The notes beneath the pieces are model-generated. The model worked only from the letters and a program-made list of their open reading frames with translations. It did no database searches and had not been told where the DNA came from. A program made the position numbers and the translations under genes. This document shows, in pieces, positions 25,306 through 37,633 of a stretch of DNA of 64,000 nt (within the stretch, counting starts at the first letter, position 1; each line of letters opens with the position of its first letter). The stretch is from Mobula hypostoma (lineage: Eukaryota), in NCBI RefSeq assembly GCF_963921235.1, contig NC_086097.1:13330001-13394000 (forward strand), in the 5' to 3' direction.

Positions 25306-25734
25306 CTTACTTACTTACTGCATAACATGCTACTGGTGTTTGGGGCAGCAATGAAGGTCCTCTATCTCTGGTGGGGTTCAGGGCTTCCTTCATCATGTCA
25401 GTAACTTCCTCTTGGTTTTCACTACTGTCAGTCACACAAGTCCCGGAGGAGTGTCAGGAATACCGTCAAGCTCAGGTGTTGAAGGATTCTTCATTGCTGT
25501 CTCCGTAATGATATTGTTTGACCAGTCAGAGTTGTGAGGCCTGCACTGAACCCCTGAACTTGCAGGACAGGTGACTGCTCTCAGTCTGGCCTCTACCCTT
25601 TGACCTGTTTGGCATAGGTAACCCTACCAAGAGCCAAAGCATAAAGCCCTGACTCCAGCCAACATAGCTCTCCGGGTCATTGAAGCACGCAAGTCTCCAA
25701 ATCCAACGACAAGATTGTCATCCTCTTAGAGGAT
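25306..25734 (-). mobile_element. RTE-derived non-autonomous retroposon (second copy at 42588-42992)
   Basis: 5' end cttgtcgttgg..ggagacttgcgtgcttcaatgac resembles BovB/RTE 5' UTRs as I recall them; (AGTA)n tail; two homologous copies in the window. Confidence 0.6.
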
Positions 25735-26255
25735 GACAACAAAGACTCTTGCAAACTTCTACAGATGTACCACAGAGAGCATTCTAGATTGTTGCACGTC
25801 TGTCTGGTATGGAGGAGGACCACGGCACAGCTTTGGAAAAAGCAGTAGAAAGTTGTAAACTCAGCCGGCCCTACCATGGTCACTAGTTTTGCCAGCAGCA
25901 AGGACTTCAAAAGGTGATGCCTCAAAAATACGGCATTCAGCAGTAAGGACCCCCATCACCCAGGAAATACCCTCTTCTCTTAGCTACCATCAAGGAGGAA
26001 GACACATACTCAGTGTTTTAGGAAGAGCTTCTTCCCCTCTGTCATCAGATTTCTGAATGATCTATGAAACCGTGAACTCTACAACATTATCTTTTTTCTT
26101 TTTTTGATCTCTTTTTACACTACTTATATCATTTTCATGTACCAAATATACAGTATACATTTTCTTATTGTAAATTAAGGTCTTTCAAGATGAATTGCAA
26201 TGTACTACTGCCACTAAACATTTATGACATATGCCAGTGATAGTAAACCTGATTA
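25735..26255 (+). mobile_element. Rex1/Babar-like 3' fragment
   Basis: NFYRCTTESIL..WYG..KDPHHPG..PSRR motifs; 3' UTR tail gtgatagtaaacctgat. Confidence 0.75.
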
Positions 26256-27419
26256 TGCTCTGGTTTTCTCTCAAATTTCAAAAACATATGGGTTAGTTGG
26301 TTAATTGGTCACACGGATACAATTGGTGGTGCAAGCCCATTAGCCCAGAATGGCCTGTTACTGTGCTGTATCTCTAAAACAAAAGTAAATAAATAATAAT
26401 GGTGAATATTATCAGGCAGTTGGAATAGGAACAAAAATCAAGAGCAAGGATAGTGTTAAATGCAAAAGTCCAAAATACAAACATTCGAAATATTGTTCAT
26501 GTGAAACTCTGCCATTGCAGAATCCAGAAGCTAGAACATATCAGATAACTATTATTCTTTATGCACACCTCCTGAAGGTTAATTATATCCCACGACCACT
26601 TCTTTCACCTTGCACCATCATGCCTTCTCTCAAGCCTTACACCCAATTGTTTGCTTTCCCCTTTGTCTCCACCAGCCTCCTCCCTGTCTCTGGACCTTGA
26701 AAAGCTTTTTATCTGTAACTGTTGCCGGCTCAGATGAAATGGCAACTGCAACCCTGGGCTGAATGCACTGTTGACCATAAGGAGGATCCACGTAGAAGTG
26801 GCGGCTAATTTTAGTGTGGACAGCACCACATTCTCCAAACGGCATATCTTCACACTGCAGCAAGGAAGTGCAAACGAGTAGGAGGTCAGTTGAAAATGCA
26901 TCAAAACTCCCACTTTGCCACTCAACTTAGTACAGAATCCAGGAACAACTTTTAATTTGCTGAGCCAAGGCTCTTTGCATTCTCACCCTCCACTTTACCT
27001 CCTCACCCTCCACTTTACCTCAGCAGAACTGCTACATTTAAGTTCATTCAACTGTGCAAAACCTTTGCTTATTTTTCTTTACTTCAATATATATTTATAT
27101 TTTTAATCAATTAGCATCATGAGTTTACTTAACTCATTTTAACGCATATTTTTAATTTTTTCATCTGTTTCTAAAAGATCATAGGAACATCAGGAAATGA
27201 CGTAAAGGCCTTACAACATGTCTTGTGTCTTATATAAGGGCCATGGTAGAAGTGCATTGTAACCTGCACTGCTGCAATGGGTTAAGCCACTAACATCTGC
27301 ATCAGTGCAGTTTAACCCATTAATTCTCCACAGATGCTGTCTGATCTGCTGAGCAATCATAGCTTTATCTAAGTATGTAACATCTCTTAGCTTGTGGTCC
27401 ATCTCTTTGGTAATTGGTA

Positions 27420-27750
27420 CTGAGCAAAGCAGGATCAGAGGTGACTTGATAGAGATGTACATGATGTTAAGAAGCATAGATCAAATGGATAGCCAAAGGC
27501 TTTTTCCCATGGTGAGAATGCTTAATACCAAGGGAGATACTTTTAAGGAGATTGGAGGAAAGTATGGGAGTGATGTTTGAGGTAGTTTTTTTACACAGTG
27601 TTAGATGTATGAAATATGCTGCCGGGGTGGTGCTGGAGACAAATACACCAAGGGCATTTAAGAGAATTTTTGACAGGCACATGGAAAGGAAAATGAAAGG
27701 TTATGTAGGAGGGAAGGGTTTGATTGATCTTAGAGAGGTTAAAGAGTCAG
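27420..27750 (+). mobile_element. CR1 3' fragment
   Basis: RIRGDLIEMY..DSQRLFP..FKRIFDRHM. Confidence 0.75.
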
Positions 27751-29431
27751 TACAACGTAATACACAGCACAAGGTAAACCAGTAAACATATGATCATACA
27801 AAAAAATAGCCCAAGTCCCTAAGCACATGAATGTTGGAGTAGTCTGCAGTTGAACACAATGCAGCTTTTCTTCTGCCGAATGAACACTGGGAGCAGCACT
27901 GACTCTAGCAGGGACGCCATGCCACACCTCCTCCAACACTTCGGTGGCCCACTTGACTGTGACGCCTTCCCCTGGGTGGCTGCAAGCAGGAAACTCCCCG
28001 GCTTGAGGCCTAGTCCTTGCTACGATTGAGGCCACACAGCTCCCACACCGTTTGCCAATAAAACAGGGAGCCGGACTTGCAGCATTCCACATCACCAACA
28101 TCTAACAGGGACTTGCGATCATAAGAAAAGTGACAAAGACAATCACTCGCTGTTAGGCTGCACACCACCTTCGTTCACTGACACCCCTCTGTTACAGGCA
28201 GCATCACAGCCCACAGCAAGTCCAGCTCCTTCAGTTTCACCACCAACAAGCAACCCATTGATGCGGTAGACCCGCAGTGCTTTAAGTTCCTAATGTCCAG
28301 CAGGATCTTGCAATCATAAAAACTATATTTATCCCAGACAATGGTACGTTTGGTCGACCCCATTCAAGCTGCTGTGTCTGAGTGCACTGCCATCTTACTG
28401 GAAGGCAATTCTTGGCAATTGATGGATTTTTTAGGGGGCGAGGGAAGGCATGAAAATTAAGAAAGAGGAAGTTCAAAATATTTTGCATTGTAACTAAACT
28501 GAGGCAAAAAAGTCCTTTCTGTAGAATGAGGACAAAAACTCCCAGGACAGGTATAACACCTTGACTGAATTCACTTTAAATCTTCCAAAATATTGCTTTC
28601 TCACCCCAGAAAAAAAAGGATTCTGATGTGGCACTCCAATAATTCTATTCCATAGTTCTAGCACACTTGTGCTTTCTTTGGGTAAACCTACCAGTTTTGT
28701 TGTATTGTTGATTTAAAGCTGCAAGCACTTTCTGGCTGACTGCCAATTGAGCGACATTTATCAAATTAGTTTGGGCTGAATTTGAAATCCGGTCCTGGAG
28801 TGGAGAGGAATTCAATCAATACACTTTAACCTTGTTAGCTTCAAAGAAACTAATTGCGATGAAATAGAAATGAACCGAGCAAGAAATGAAACCTCTGGTG
28901 CTAAAGTTCTTTCAACTCCTCATGGGGGCACCGAGGAAGCAGTTCATTTCTGTGCTTCTATAATGATTTCCCAGGGTCCAATTTTCAGGAGGGAGCAATG
29001 TCATTGATCCAAAAGATGCACTGTCTGTAGACCTGGATCTGAGACACTTCAATCAGCATTTTCATCTGGGGCAGAGTCAGTAATGCATGATAAAAAGCCC
29101 AAAGCAACAGAGATAGAGTCACCTTTAAGGGCTCTGTAGCCTGGGTGCACAAGAAATGCCCCCCAGAAATAATTGCAGAAAGTCGTGAACAAAGCCCAGT
29201 CTATCACAAAAGTGACCGATCTAGGATCAACCTCTGCAGCTACCTGAGGACTCACCGATAGATAGCCCCTTAGGAGAATATCATTATCAACTCAAGTGTT
29301 CGCTCTACTGGCACCAAAACCAGCCTCCCCTTTATTAACTGGTATGGAAACACCAATGTCCTTGAATGGAAAGTTCAACACAAGGTAGTGGGCCATTTTA
29401 GTTTGCTACTCTGCTCTGTGCTGAACCAAGG

Positions 29432-29660
29432 TGAAGCACCTTCAATTACTCCAAAAGACTGAGGTTTGGTAAAATACTGACAGGCTTTTATTCGCTGTAC
29501 AATATGACCTCCACAGTGAGTGTCTGCCCCCGGACTGAGGGGGAGGGGCAAGGCAAACACCTTTATACAGGACTCTGTGGGAGGAGCCACAGGGGCAGTC
29601 AGCAGAGGTGTGTGTCCAGACAGGTAACGCAGTTACAACATATATACATGGTTTACCACA
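29432..29660 (-). mobile_element. Solo LTR (Gypsy-type, 229 bp)
   Basis: Minus strand TGTGGTAAAC...GGTGCTTCA with internal TATAAA and AATAAA; 5-bp TSD CAAGG/CGAGG. Confidence 0.8.
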
Positions 29661-29840
29661 CGAGGGTCATTGTGGACTTTAGTTTAGATCACTATTTGCT
29701 TGCATTTACTGTCCATGATTGTATTTTTTTGTCATTGCACATTAGGTGTTTGACAGTCTTGTTATGTTTTTTTGGGGGGTTTCTTTGTTTCGTGGCCGCC
29801 TGTTAGGAGACAAACCTAAAGGTTGTATAATGTATACATA

Positions 29841-30265
29841 AGATAAGATAATAGCTCCGTCTGTCTAAGTAGACAATGGATGGGCCTGGTTTCTGGGCGC
29901 AGACCTGGGCGATGAATATGGAGATCCTGGGCTGCCCAGGCATCAAGATCCCCCTCTCAGCCTCGCAGATGTGGTCCAAAGGAATGTGAAGCAGCACATT
30001 TGACATCAGCTTGGCTGCAGGCGCTGCCGGGAGGTGATGTGATACGTCATCCAACCGCCTTAGGGGCTCCACTCCGGATTTGTGTAGGGTTTACTCCTTA
30101 GCCTTCTCTTCTCCTGAAGATACCCACAAGGCAGTGGGATCCGTAACCCTGGATAGGGGCCCATACCGGGTACTGTCAGCCGGAGCCAGCTGAGCCCAGG
30201 ACTCGTGTAGGGCAGGGTCGTCACGTCCTGTAGTAGTGACATATGGAGCCACTACATACTACCTC
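29841..30265 (-). mobile_element. Non-autonomous retroposon (RTE-type, clade uncertain) with an 11-bp TSD
   Basis: ATGTATACATA at 29830-29840 and 30266-30276; (CTTAT)n tail; shares ggagtaaaccc..ccctaaggc and gagaggggg motifs with the 32832 family. Confidence 0.75.
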
Positions 30266-30802
30266 ATGTATACATACTTTGACAATAAATGAACTTTGAA
30301 CTTTGAATACAGCCCAGTTCATCATGGGTAAAGCCTTCCCCACTACTGTGCACATCCACAGCATGCTGTGGTAGGAAAGCAGCATCCATTATCAAGGACC
30401 CACACCACCCAGGCCATGCTCTCTTCTTGCTGCTGCCATCAGGAAGAAGGTACAGGAGCCTCAGGACTCACAATACAACGTTCAGAAACAGTTATTACCA
30501 CTTAGCCATCAGGCTCCTGAGCCAGGTGAGATAACTTCACTCAACCTCTCTCACCTCATTACTGAACTGTTCCCACAACCTAAGGACTCATTTTCAAGGA
30601 TTCATTCATCTGATGTTCTCGATATTTATTTATTATTATTATTTCTTTTTCTTCTTTTGTATTTGCACAGTTCTTCCTGTTTTGCATATTGGCTGTTTGT
30701 CCATCCAGTTGGGTGTGCTCTTTCATTGATTCTAATATGGTTCTTGGATTTACTGTGTATCCCTGCAAGAAAATTAATCTCAGGGTTGTATATGGTGACT
30801 TA

Positions 30803-31346
30803 CAGTACTGTGTAAAAGGCATAGGCACATAATTATAGGTAGGGTGTCTAAAACTTTTGCACAGTACTGTAGTTGTCAACGTGGAGCGGTGAGCGAGTTT
30901 GTAACTCTGGCAGGAGCAAAGGAGGGTAAGAATGGTGAGGGTGGAGCGCCGTGGGAGGGGTGTGGGACAGGTAGCAGAGGAGTGCCAAGAGTGGGGGGGT
31001 GGTACAGGTGCAGGCACACTCAGCCCTGAGACAGCAGGCAATATTATTTGATTCCAAATAATGGGTTTATTGATCATTTCGGAATCTCTCTCTGATGCTT
31101 CCCGCTCTCTCGCTTCCCCCTTTCCCTTTACTCAACCATGATTCCCCTCTCCCTGCCCCCTTCCCACTCTGTCCACAATAGAAACCCATATCAGAACCAC
31201 GTTTATCATCACTCAAATATGTCATGAAATTTGTGGGATTTTTTGCGACGGCAGTACAGCGTAATACATAAAATTACTATAGTGCTGTGCAAAAGTCTTT
31301 GACACCCGAGCTATAAATATATGCCTAAGACTTGTGCACAGAAGTG
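30803..31346. mobile_element. Composite Tc1-type MITE: two inverted 67-bp mini-MITEs flanking ~410 bp of cargo
   Basis: Units 30803-30869 and 31280-31346, each with cagtactgtgcaaaag-type TIRs and TA flanks; the whole element interrupts a Rex1-like 3' UTR at TA. Confidence 0.8.
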
Positions 31347-32099
31347 TATATGTATTTTGATAATAAATTCACTTTGAACTTCCTGATGCGGCCTGTAAGG
31401 ATTTTGTCCGTTCTACCTGTGGCCATGTGCGTTTCACTCAGAGTGTCATAGAGTGTGGAATGAGCTGCCAGCACAATTGGGGCATGTAAGCTTGATCTCA
31501 ACTTTTAAGAGAAGTTTGGATAGGTACATAGATGGCAGGGATATGGAGGGCTCTGGTCCTGATGCAGGCTGATGGGACTAGGCAGCTTACATGCTTTTGG
31601 CATGGACCAGATGAGCCAAAGGCTTTGTTTCTGTGCTGTATTCTCCTATGACACTGTGACTCTACATATGTATGTCTTATTCTTAATCAGAATCAGGTTT
31701 AATATCACTGGCCACATGTTGTGAAATTTGTTGTTTTGCGGTAGCAGTACATTACAATACAGTACATAATAATTTAAAAAAACTATAAATTACAAAAAGA
31801 GTAGTGCAGAAAGCGAGAAAAAAATATTGAGGTAGTATTGATGGGTTCACTCAGAAATTTGCTGGTGAAGAGGAAGAAACTATTTCTCAAACATTTAGTG
31901 TGCGTCTTCAAGCTCCTGTACTTCCTCCTAGTTGGTAGCAATAAGACCAAGACATGGTCTGGATGATGGGGATCCTTAATAATGATGCTGCCTTTAAATT
32001 TGTCCTAAAGTTTGTGCATCAGTTCACAGATGCAGCAGAGGCCCTATATGAGTCCAACATATTGATGCAATTACAAAGAATGCACAACAGCAGATTTAT

Positions 32100-32645
32100 T
32101 TCATTAGGAGTTTGAGGAGAATTAGTATGCCACCAAAGACTCGAGCAAATTCCCCCAGATGTACCGTGGAGAGCATTCTAACTGGGTGCATCAGCGTCTG
32201 GCATAGAGGGGCCACTGCACAGGATCGGAAAAAGCTGTAGTAAGTTACAAATGCAGCCATCTCCGTCATGGGCACTAGACTCCCCTGCCTTGAGGAGATC
32301 TTCAAAAGGCATTTCCTCAAAGTGGCTGCATCCATCATTAAGGATCCCCATCACCCAGGGCATACACTCTTCTCATTGCTTCCATTGAGAAGGAGATACA
32401 GGAGCCTGAAGATGTTTGTAGGAATATCTTCTTCCCCTCCACCATCAGATTTATGAATGGACCCATGTGCACATCTCACTAATTTTATTTTGCTCTCGTT
32501 TTTAACTACTTATGTAATTTAATAATTTATGTATTTCTTATCTTGATCTGTAGTTTTTTTTTAGTAAGATGTATTGCAATGTACTGCTGGCGCAAAACAA
32601 CAAATTTCATGAGATATGGCAGTGATATTAAACCCGATCCTGATT
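32100..32645 (+). mobile_element. Rex1/Babar-like 3' fragment
   Basis: RCTVESILTGCISVW..AASIIKDPHHPGHTLFSLLP.RRRYRSL. Confidence 0.8.
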
Positions 32646-32831
32646 TTGAGTGTTAACTTTCTGAACAATCTATTTTTCACAGATATGGGCATCACGGATT
32701 GTGCCAACGTTCAAGGTCCATCCCACCCTGTCTCCAAGTAAAGTGTTAAGCTACTTTGGAGAGGAGCTAAGAGTCAAAAATTTTGCTGTGGGTCCAGATT
32801 AATATTTAGATCCAGCTGGTTCTTTAAAGTG

Positions 32832-33396
32832 GTTATAGCTGGGGGTGGTAATACTACCTGTTAAATGCTCCCAATGGCGTGCACCTCAAATAGCCTCTGA
32901 CAACCAAGTCCGGCTGCTGGCCTTCACATGTGGGTGAGCTACTAAGCCCGGCAGAACCATTTCTACTGACAGGACCAGGGGCAAAGGCAGGTTACTGGTG
33001 CCTTAAAATCAGTTGCTTCAGGCAAATGAGACTCATCATCATAGCTGGCAGCTCATCTAGGAGAAGGAAAATTGATCTCAGATCTCTGCTGCCTTGCCTC
33101 TATAGCCACTCATGGGGAAGGTTTTGGAAGTAAAACCAGAGGGAAAAATCAGGAGCTGCAGTCCCTAATGCAGTCCTATACTGAGTTCACACTGATTGGC
33201 AACTCCTGTGACTGCTCATGCCAAACTGTATCAGTTTCTGCTGTTCCTTTATTGTTCACCAGATGTGTGGAGAGGGGGAGCTTGCTACATGGACAACAGC
33301 AACAGGGTTGGAGAATTACGCTCTTACTGCCAGGGTTGAGAATCGAGACAGCTAGAATGCTAGATCCGTGGCTGACTTTGACCAATGGAGGCCTCA
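32832..33396 (+). mobile_element. Non-autonomous RTE-type retroposon, family A (other copies 38011-38482 plus strand, 45798-46374 minus strand)
   Basis: Three homologous copies share the 5' end gttatagc(c/t)ggg and the 3' end ggaggcctca; no ORF. Confidence 0.65.
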
Positions 33397-33578
33397 TGCG
33401 GACTGGGTATTTCCAGTTCTGCACAGTATTGATGACAAGGCCAGCATTCTTCCCTAATTTTCCCATGAGAAGAATGTAGTGAACTACCTCTTTGTATCAT
33501 TCCTTATACGTCTATGTGCATACTCCCACGTCTACTATCTCTGCCACAATTATTTAGCATAAAAGCAATGGAGATGCA

Positions 33579-34097
33579 TACTCATTGACCACTTTATTAG
33601 GTACACCTGTACACCTCAACATTACTGAAAATATCTAATCATCCAATCATGTGGCAGCAACTCAATGCATAAAATCATGCAGACATGATCAGTTGTTGTT
33701 CAGACCAAACATCAGAATGGGTAATAAATGTGAATTAAGTGGAATGCCTGTTGGTGCCAAGTGGGATGGTTTTAGTATCTCAGAAATTGCTGGTCTCCTG
33801 GGATTTTCACATGCAGCCATCTCTCGACTTTACAGAGAATGGTGTGAAAAAGAATCCAGTGAGCGGCAGTTCTGTGGGCAAAAATGACTTGTCAATGAGA
33901 AAAGTCAGAGAAGGATGACCAGACAGGTTCAAGCCGACAGGAAGGCAACAGTAACTCAAATAACCATGCACTACAACAGTAGTGTGCAGAAGAATATCTT
34001 CGAAAGCACAGTACGTCAAACGTTGACGTGGATGGACTATACCAGCAGAAGACCATGACATACTCTCAGTGGTCACTTTATTAGGTATTTCCTGTAC
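33579..34097 (+). mobile_element. Non-autonomous Tc1 derivative retaining the transposase HTH N-terminus
   Basis: TIR ctca(g/t)tg(g/a)ccactttattaggta at 33579 and again at 34063; encodes MGNKCELS..GFSISEIAGLLGFSHAAISRLYREW. Confidence 0.75.
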
Positions 34098-34425
34098 TTC
34101 CAAATTAGGATGGTATGTGACTTTAAGGAAAACGTATAGGTGATGGAGCTACCATGCGCCTGTTGTCCTCAATTTCTTGAGGTAGAAGTAGGGCCGGCAG
34201 ATTTCCTTCGCCGAAAAAAATTAAATGAACCAAATCTGGTTTTATAGCAATCCTTAGTTAACAGTCACTGTTTCTGACCCAATTCTTTTTTATTCAAGTT
34301 CCAGGTTAATTTGATTACTTGAAATTAAAAGTTCTCGGTTGTCATGGTAACTGAACATAACTTTCCAATTCACAAGCTCAGGGTCTGATTGTTAGCCTAA
34401 ATACCACACCCTTCTCCACCCCTGG

Positions 34426-37087
34426 AAACATAACATAGAAACATAGAAAATAGGTGCAGGAGTAGGCCATTCAGCCCTTTGAGCCTGCACCGCCATTTAT
34501 TATGATCATGGCTGATCATCCAACTCAGAATCCTGCCCCAGCCTTCCCTCCATACCCCCTAATCCGCGTAGCCACAAGAGCCATATCTAACTCCCTCTTA
34601 AATATAGCCAATGAACTGGCCTCAACTATTTCCTGTGGCAGAGAATTCCACAGATTCACCACTCTCTGTGTGAAGAAGTTTTTCCTAATCTCGGTCCTAA
34701 AAGGCTTCCCCTTTATCCTCAAACTGTGACCCCTCGTTCTGGACTTCCCCAACATCGGGAACAATCTTCCTGTATCTAGCCTGTCCAATCCCTTTAGGAT
34801 TTTATATGTTTCAATCAGATCCCCCCTCAATCTTCTAAATTCCAACGAGTACAAGCCCAGTTCATCCAGTCTTTCTTCATATGAAAGTCCAGGAATCAAT
34901 CTGGTGAACCTTCTTTGTACTCCCTCTATGGCAAGGATGTCTTTCCTCAGATTAGGGGACCAAAACTGCACACAATACTCCAGGTGTGGTCTCACCAAGG
35001 CCTTGTACAACTGCAGTAATACCTCCCTGCTCCTGTACTCGAATCCTCTCGCTATAAATGCCTGCATACCATTCGCCTTTTTCACCACCTGCTGTACCTG
35101 CATGCCCACTTTCAATGACTGGTGTATAATGACACCCAGGTCTCGTTGCACCTCCCCTTATCCTAATCGGCCCCCATTCAGATAATAATCAGTTTTCCTA
35201 TTTTTGCCACCAAAGTGGATAACTTCACATTTATCCACATTAAATTGCATCTGCATGAATTTGCCCACTCACCCAACCTATCCAAGTCACTCTGCATCCT
35301 CTTATCATCCTCCTCACAGCTAACACTGCCGCCCAGCTTTGTGTCACCCGCAAACTTGGAGATGCTGCATTTAATTCCCTCATCCAAGTCATTAATATAT
35401 ATTATAAACAACTGGGGTCCCAGCACTGAGCCTTGCGGTACCCCACTAGTCACCGCCTGCCATTCTGAAAAGGTCCCGTTTATTCCCACTCTTTGCTTCC
35501 TGTCTGCTAACCAATTCTCTATCCACATCAATACCTTACCCCCAATACCGTGTGCTTTAAGTTTGCACACTAATCTCCTGTGTGGGACCTTGTCAAAAGC
35601 CTTTTGAAAATCCAAATATACCACATCCGCTGGTTCTCCCCTATCCACTCTACTAGTTACATCCTCAAAAAATTCTATGAGATTCGTCAGACATGATTTT
35701 CCTTTCACAAATCCATGCTGACTTTGTCCGATGATTTCACCGCTCTCCAAATGTGCTGTTATCACATCTTTGATAACTGACTCCAGCAGTTTCCCCACCA
35801 CCGACGTTAGGCTAACCGGTCTATAATTCCCCGGTTTCTCTCTCCCTCCTTTTTTAAAAAGTGGGGTTACATTAGCCACCCTCCAATCCTCAGGAACTAG
35901 TCCAGAATCTAACGAGTTTTGAAAACTTATCCCTAATGCATCCACTATTTCTTGGGCTACTTCCTTAAGCACTCTGGGATGCAGACCATCTGGCCTTGGG
36001 GATTTATCTGCCTTTAATTCCTTCAATTTACCTAACACCACTTCCCTACTAACATGTATTTCGCTCAGTTCCTCCATCTCACTGGACCCTCTGTCCCTAC
36101 TATTTCTGGAAGATTATTTATGTCCTCCTTAGTGAAGCCAGAACCAAAGTAATTATTCAATTGGTCTGCCATGTCCTTGCTCCCCATAATCAATTCACCT
36201 GTTTCTGTCTGTAGGGGACCTACATTTGTCTTTACCAGTCTTTTCCTTTTTACATATCTATAAAAGCTTTTACAGTCAGTTTTTATGTTCCCTGCCAGTT
36301 TTCTCTCATAATCATTTTTCCCCTTCCTAATTAAGCCCTTTGTCCTCCTCTGCTGAACTCTGAATTTCTCCCAGTCCTCAGGTGAGCCACTTTTTCCTGG
36401 CTAATTTGTATGCTTCTTCTTTGGAATTGATACTATCCCTAATTTCTCTTGTCATCCACGGGTGCACTACCTTCCTTGATTTATTCTTTTGCCAAACTGG
36501 GATGAACAATTGTTGTAGTTCATCCATGCAACCTTTAAATGCTTGCCATTGCATATCCACCGTCAATCCTTTAAGTGTCATTTGCCAGTCTATCTTAGCT
36601 AATTCACGTCTCATACCTTCAAAGTTACCCCTCTTTAAGTTCAGAACCTTTGTTTCTGAATTAACTATGTCACTCTCCATCTTAATGAAGAATTCCACCA
36701 TATTATGATCACTCTTACCCAAGGGGCCTCTCACGACAAGGTTGCTAATTAACCCTTCCTCATTGCTCAAAACTCAGTCCAGAATAGCCTGCTCTCTAGT
36801 TGGTTTCTCGACATGTTGGTTCAAAAAACCATCCCGCATACATTCCAAGAAATCCTCTTCCTCAGCACCTTTACCAATTTGGTTCACCCAATCTACATGT
36901 AGATTGAAGTCACCCATTATAACTGCTGTTCCTTTATTGCACACACTTCTAATTTCCTGTTTAATACCATCTCTGACCTCGCTACTACTGTTAGGTGGCC
37001 TGTACACAACTCCCACCAGCGTCTTCTGCCCCTTAGTGTTACGCAGCTCTACCCATATCGATTCCACATCTTCCCGGCTTATGTCCA
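34426..37087 (-). mobile_element. CR1 LINE, 5'-truncated: APE endonuclease C-terminal part, RT and 3' UTR
   Basis: VGVVYRPPNS, IMGDFN, GKSDHNM, NYRPVSLTS, YLDFQKAFDKVPH, GVPQGSVLGP; few frameshifts; (TTTCTATG)n tail. Confidence 0.95.
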
Positions 37088-37249
37088 TACAGCCGTCTCA
37101 GAAATATCTCAACATGTTACAGTCGCAAGGCCAGCATTGAAGTCTCCTGGAGTCAATTGAGAGATAAAGAGTTCATCTTCATTGTACAAGGGCCCATTCA
37201 AGAGCCTTATAACGGTGGGATGAAAGCTGCCTTTCAGCCTGGTGGTATC

Positions 37250-37633
37250 CCGACATGTGCGGAGAAAAGAGATGGCGATGAGAGTTTATTCTGAGGTAGA
37301 GACGGCAACAAGAGTTTATTCATAATTATTCCAAAAAAACATCTGTTGGCAGAGTGACACCGCGGGAAGTAACATTCTCAAAACCAGGACCTTGCGGTTA
37401 GCACTAATGAAGCATCCACTTAAACACGGATCCCTGAGCCTATCAAAATAAAGCTTACACTGAAGGCACCAGGAGACCACATTGCAAAGAGTGAGTCACT
37501 TAAGAAAAACACAAGGAACTCTAAATGATTAACAATTCTCGTTATACAATGATTAGCCAATTCAGGTGCTCTAAAAACCTTGGTGCTCTACGCTCTCCGG
37601 CCTCCCGCATAGACCCCCGAAGAATTCATTACA
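37250..37633 (-). mobile_element. LTR, same family as 41319-41739, with its 3' end eroded
   Basis: Minus strand begins TGTAATGAATTCTT and aligns with 41319 (ccggagagc, cacctgaattgg, gataggctcaggga). Confidence 0.7.
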
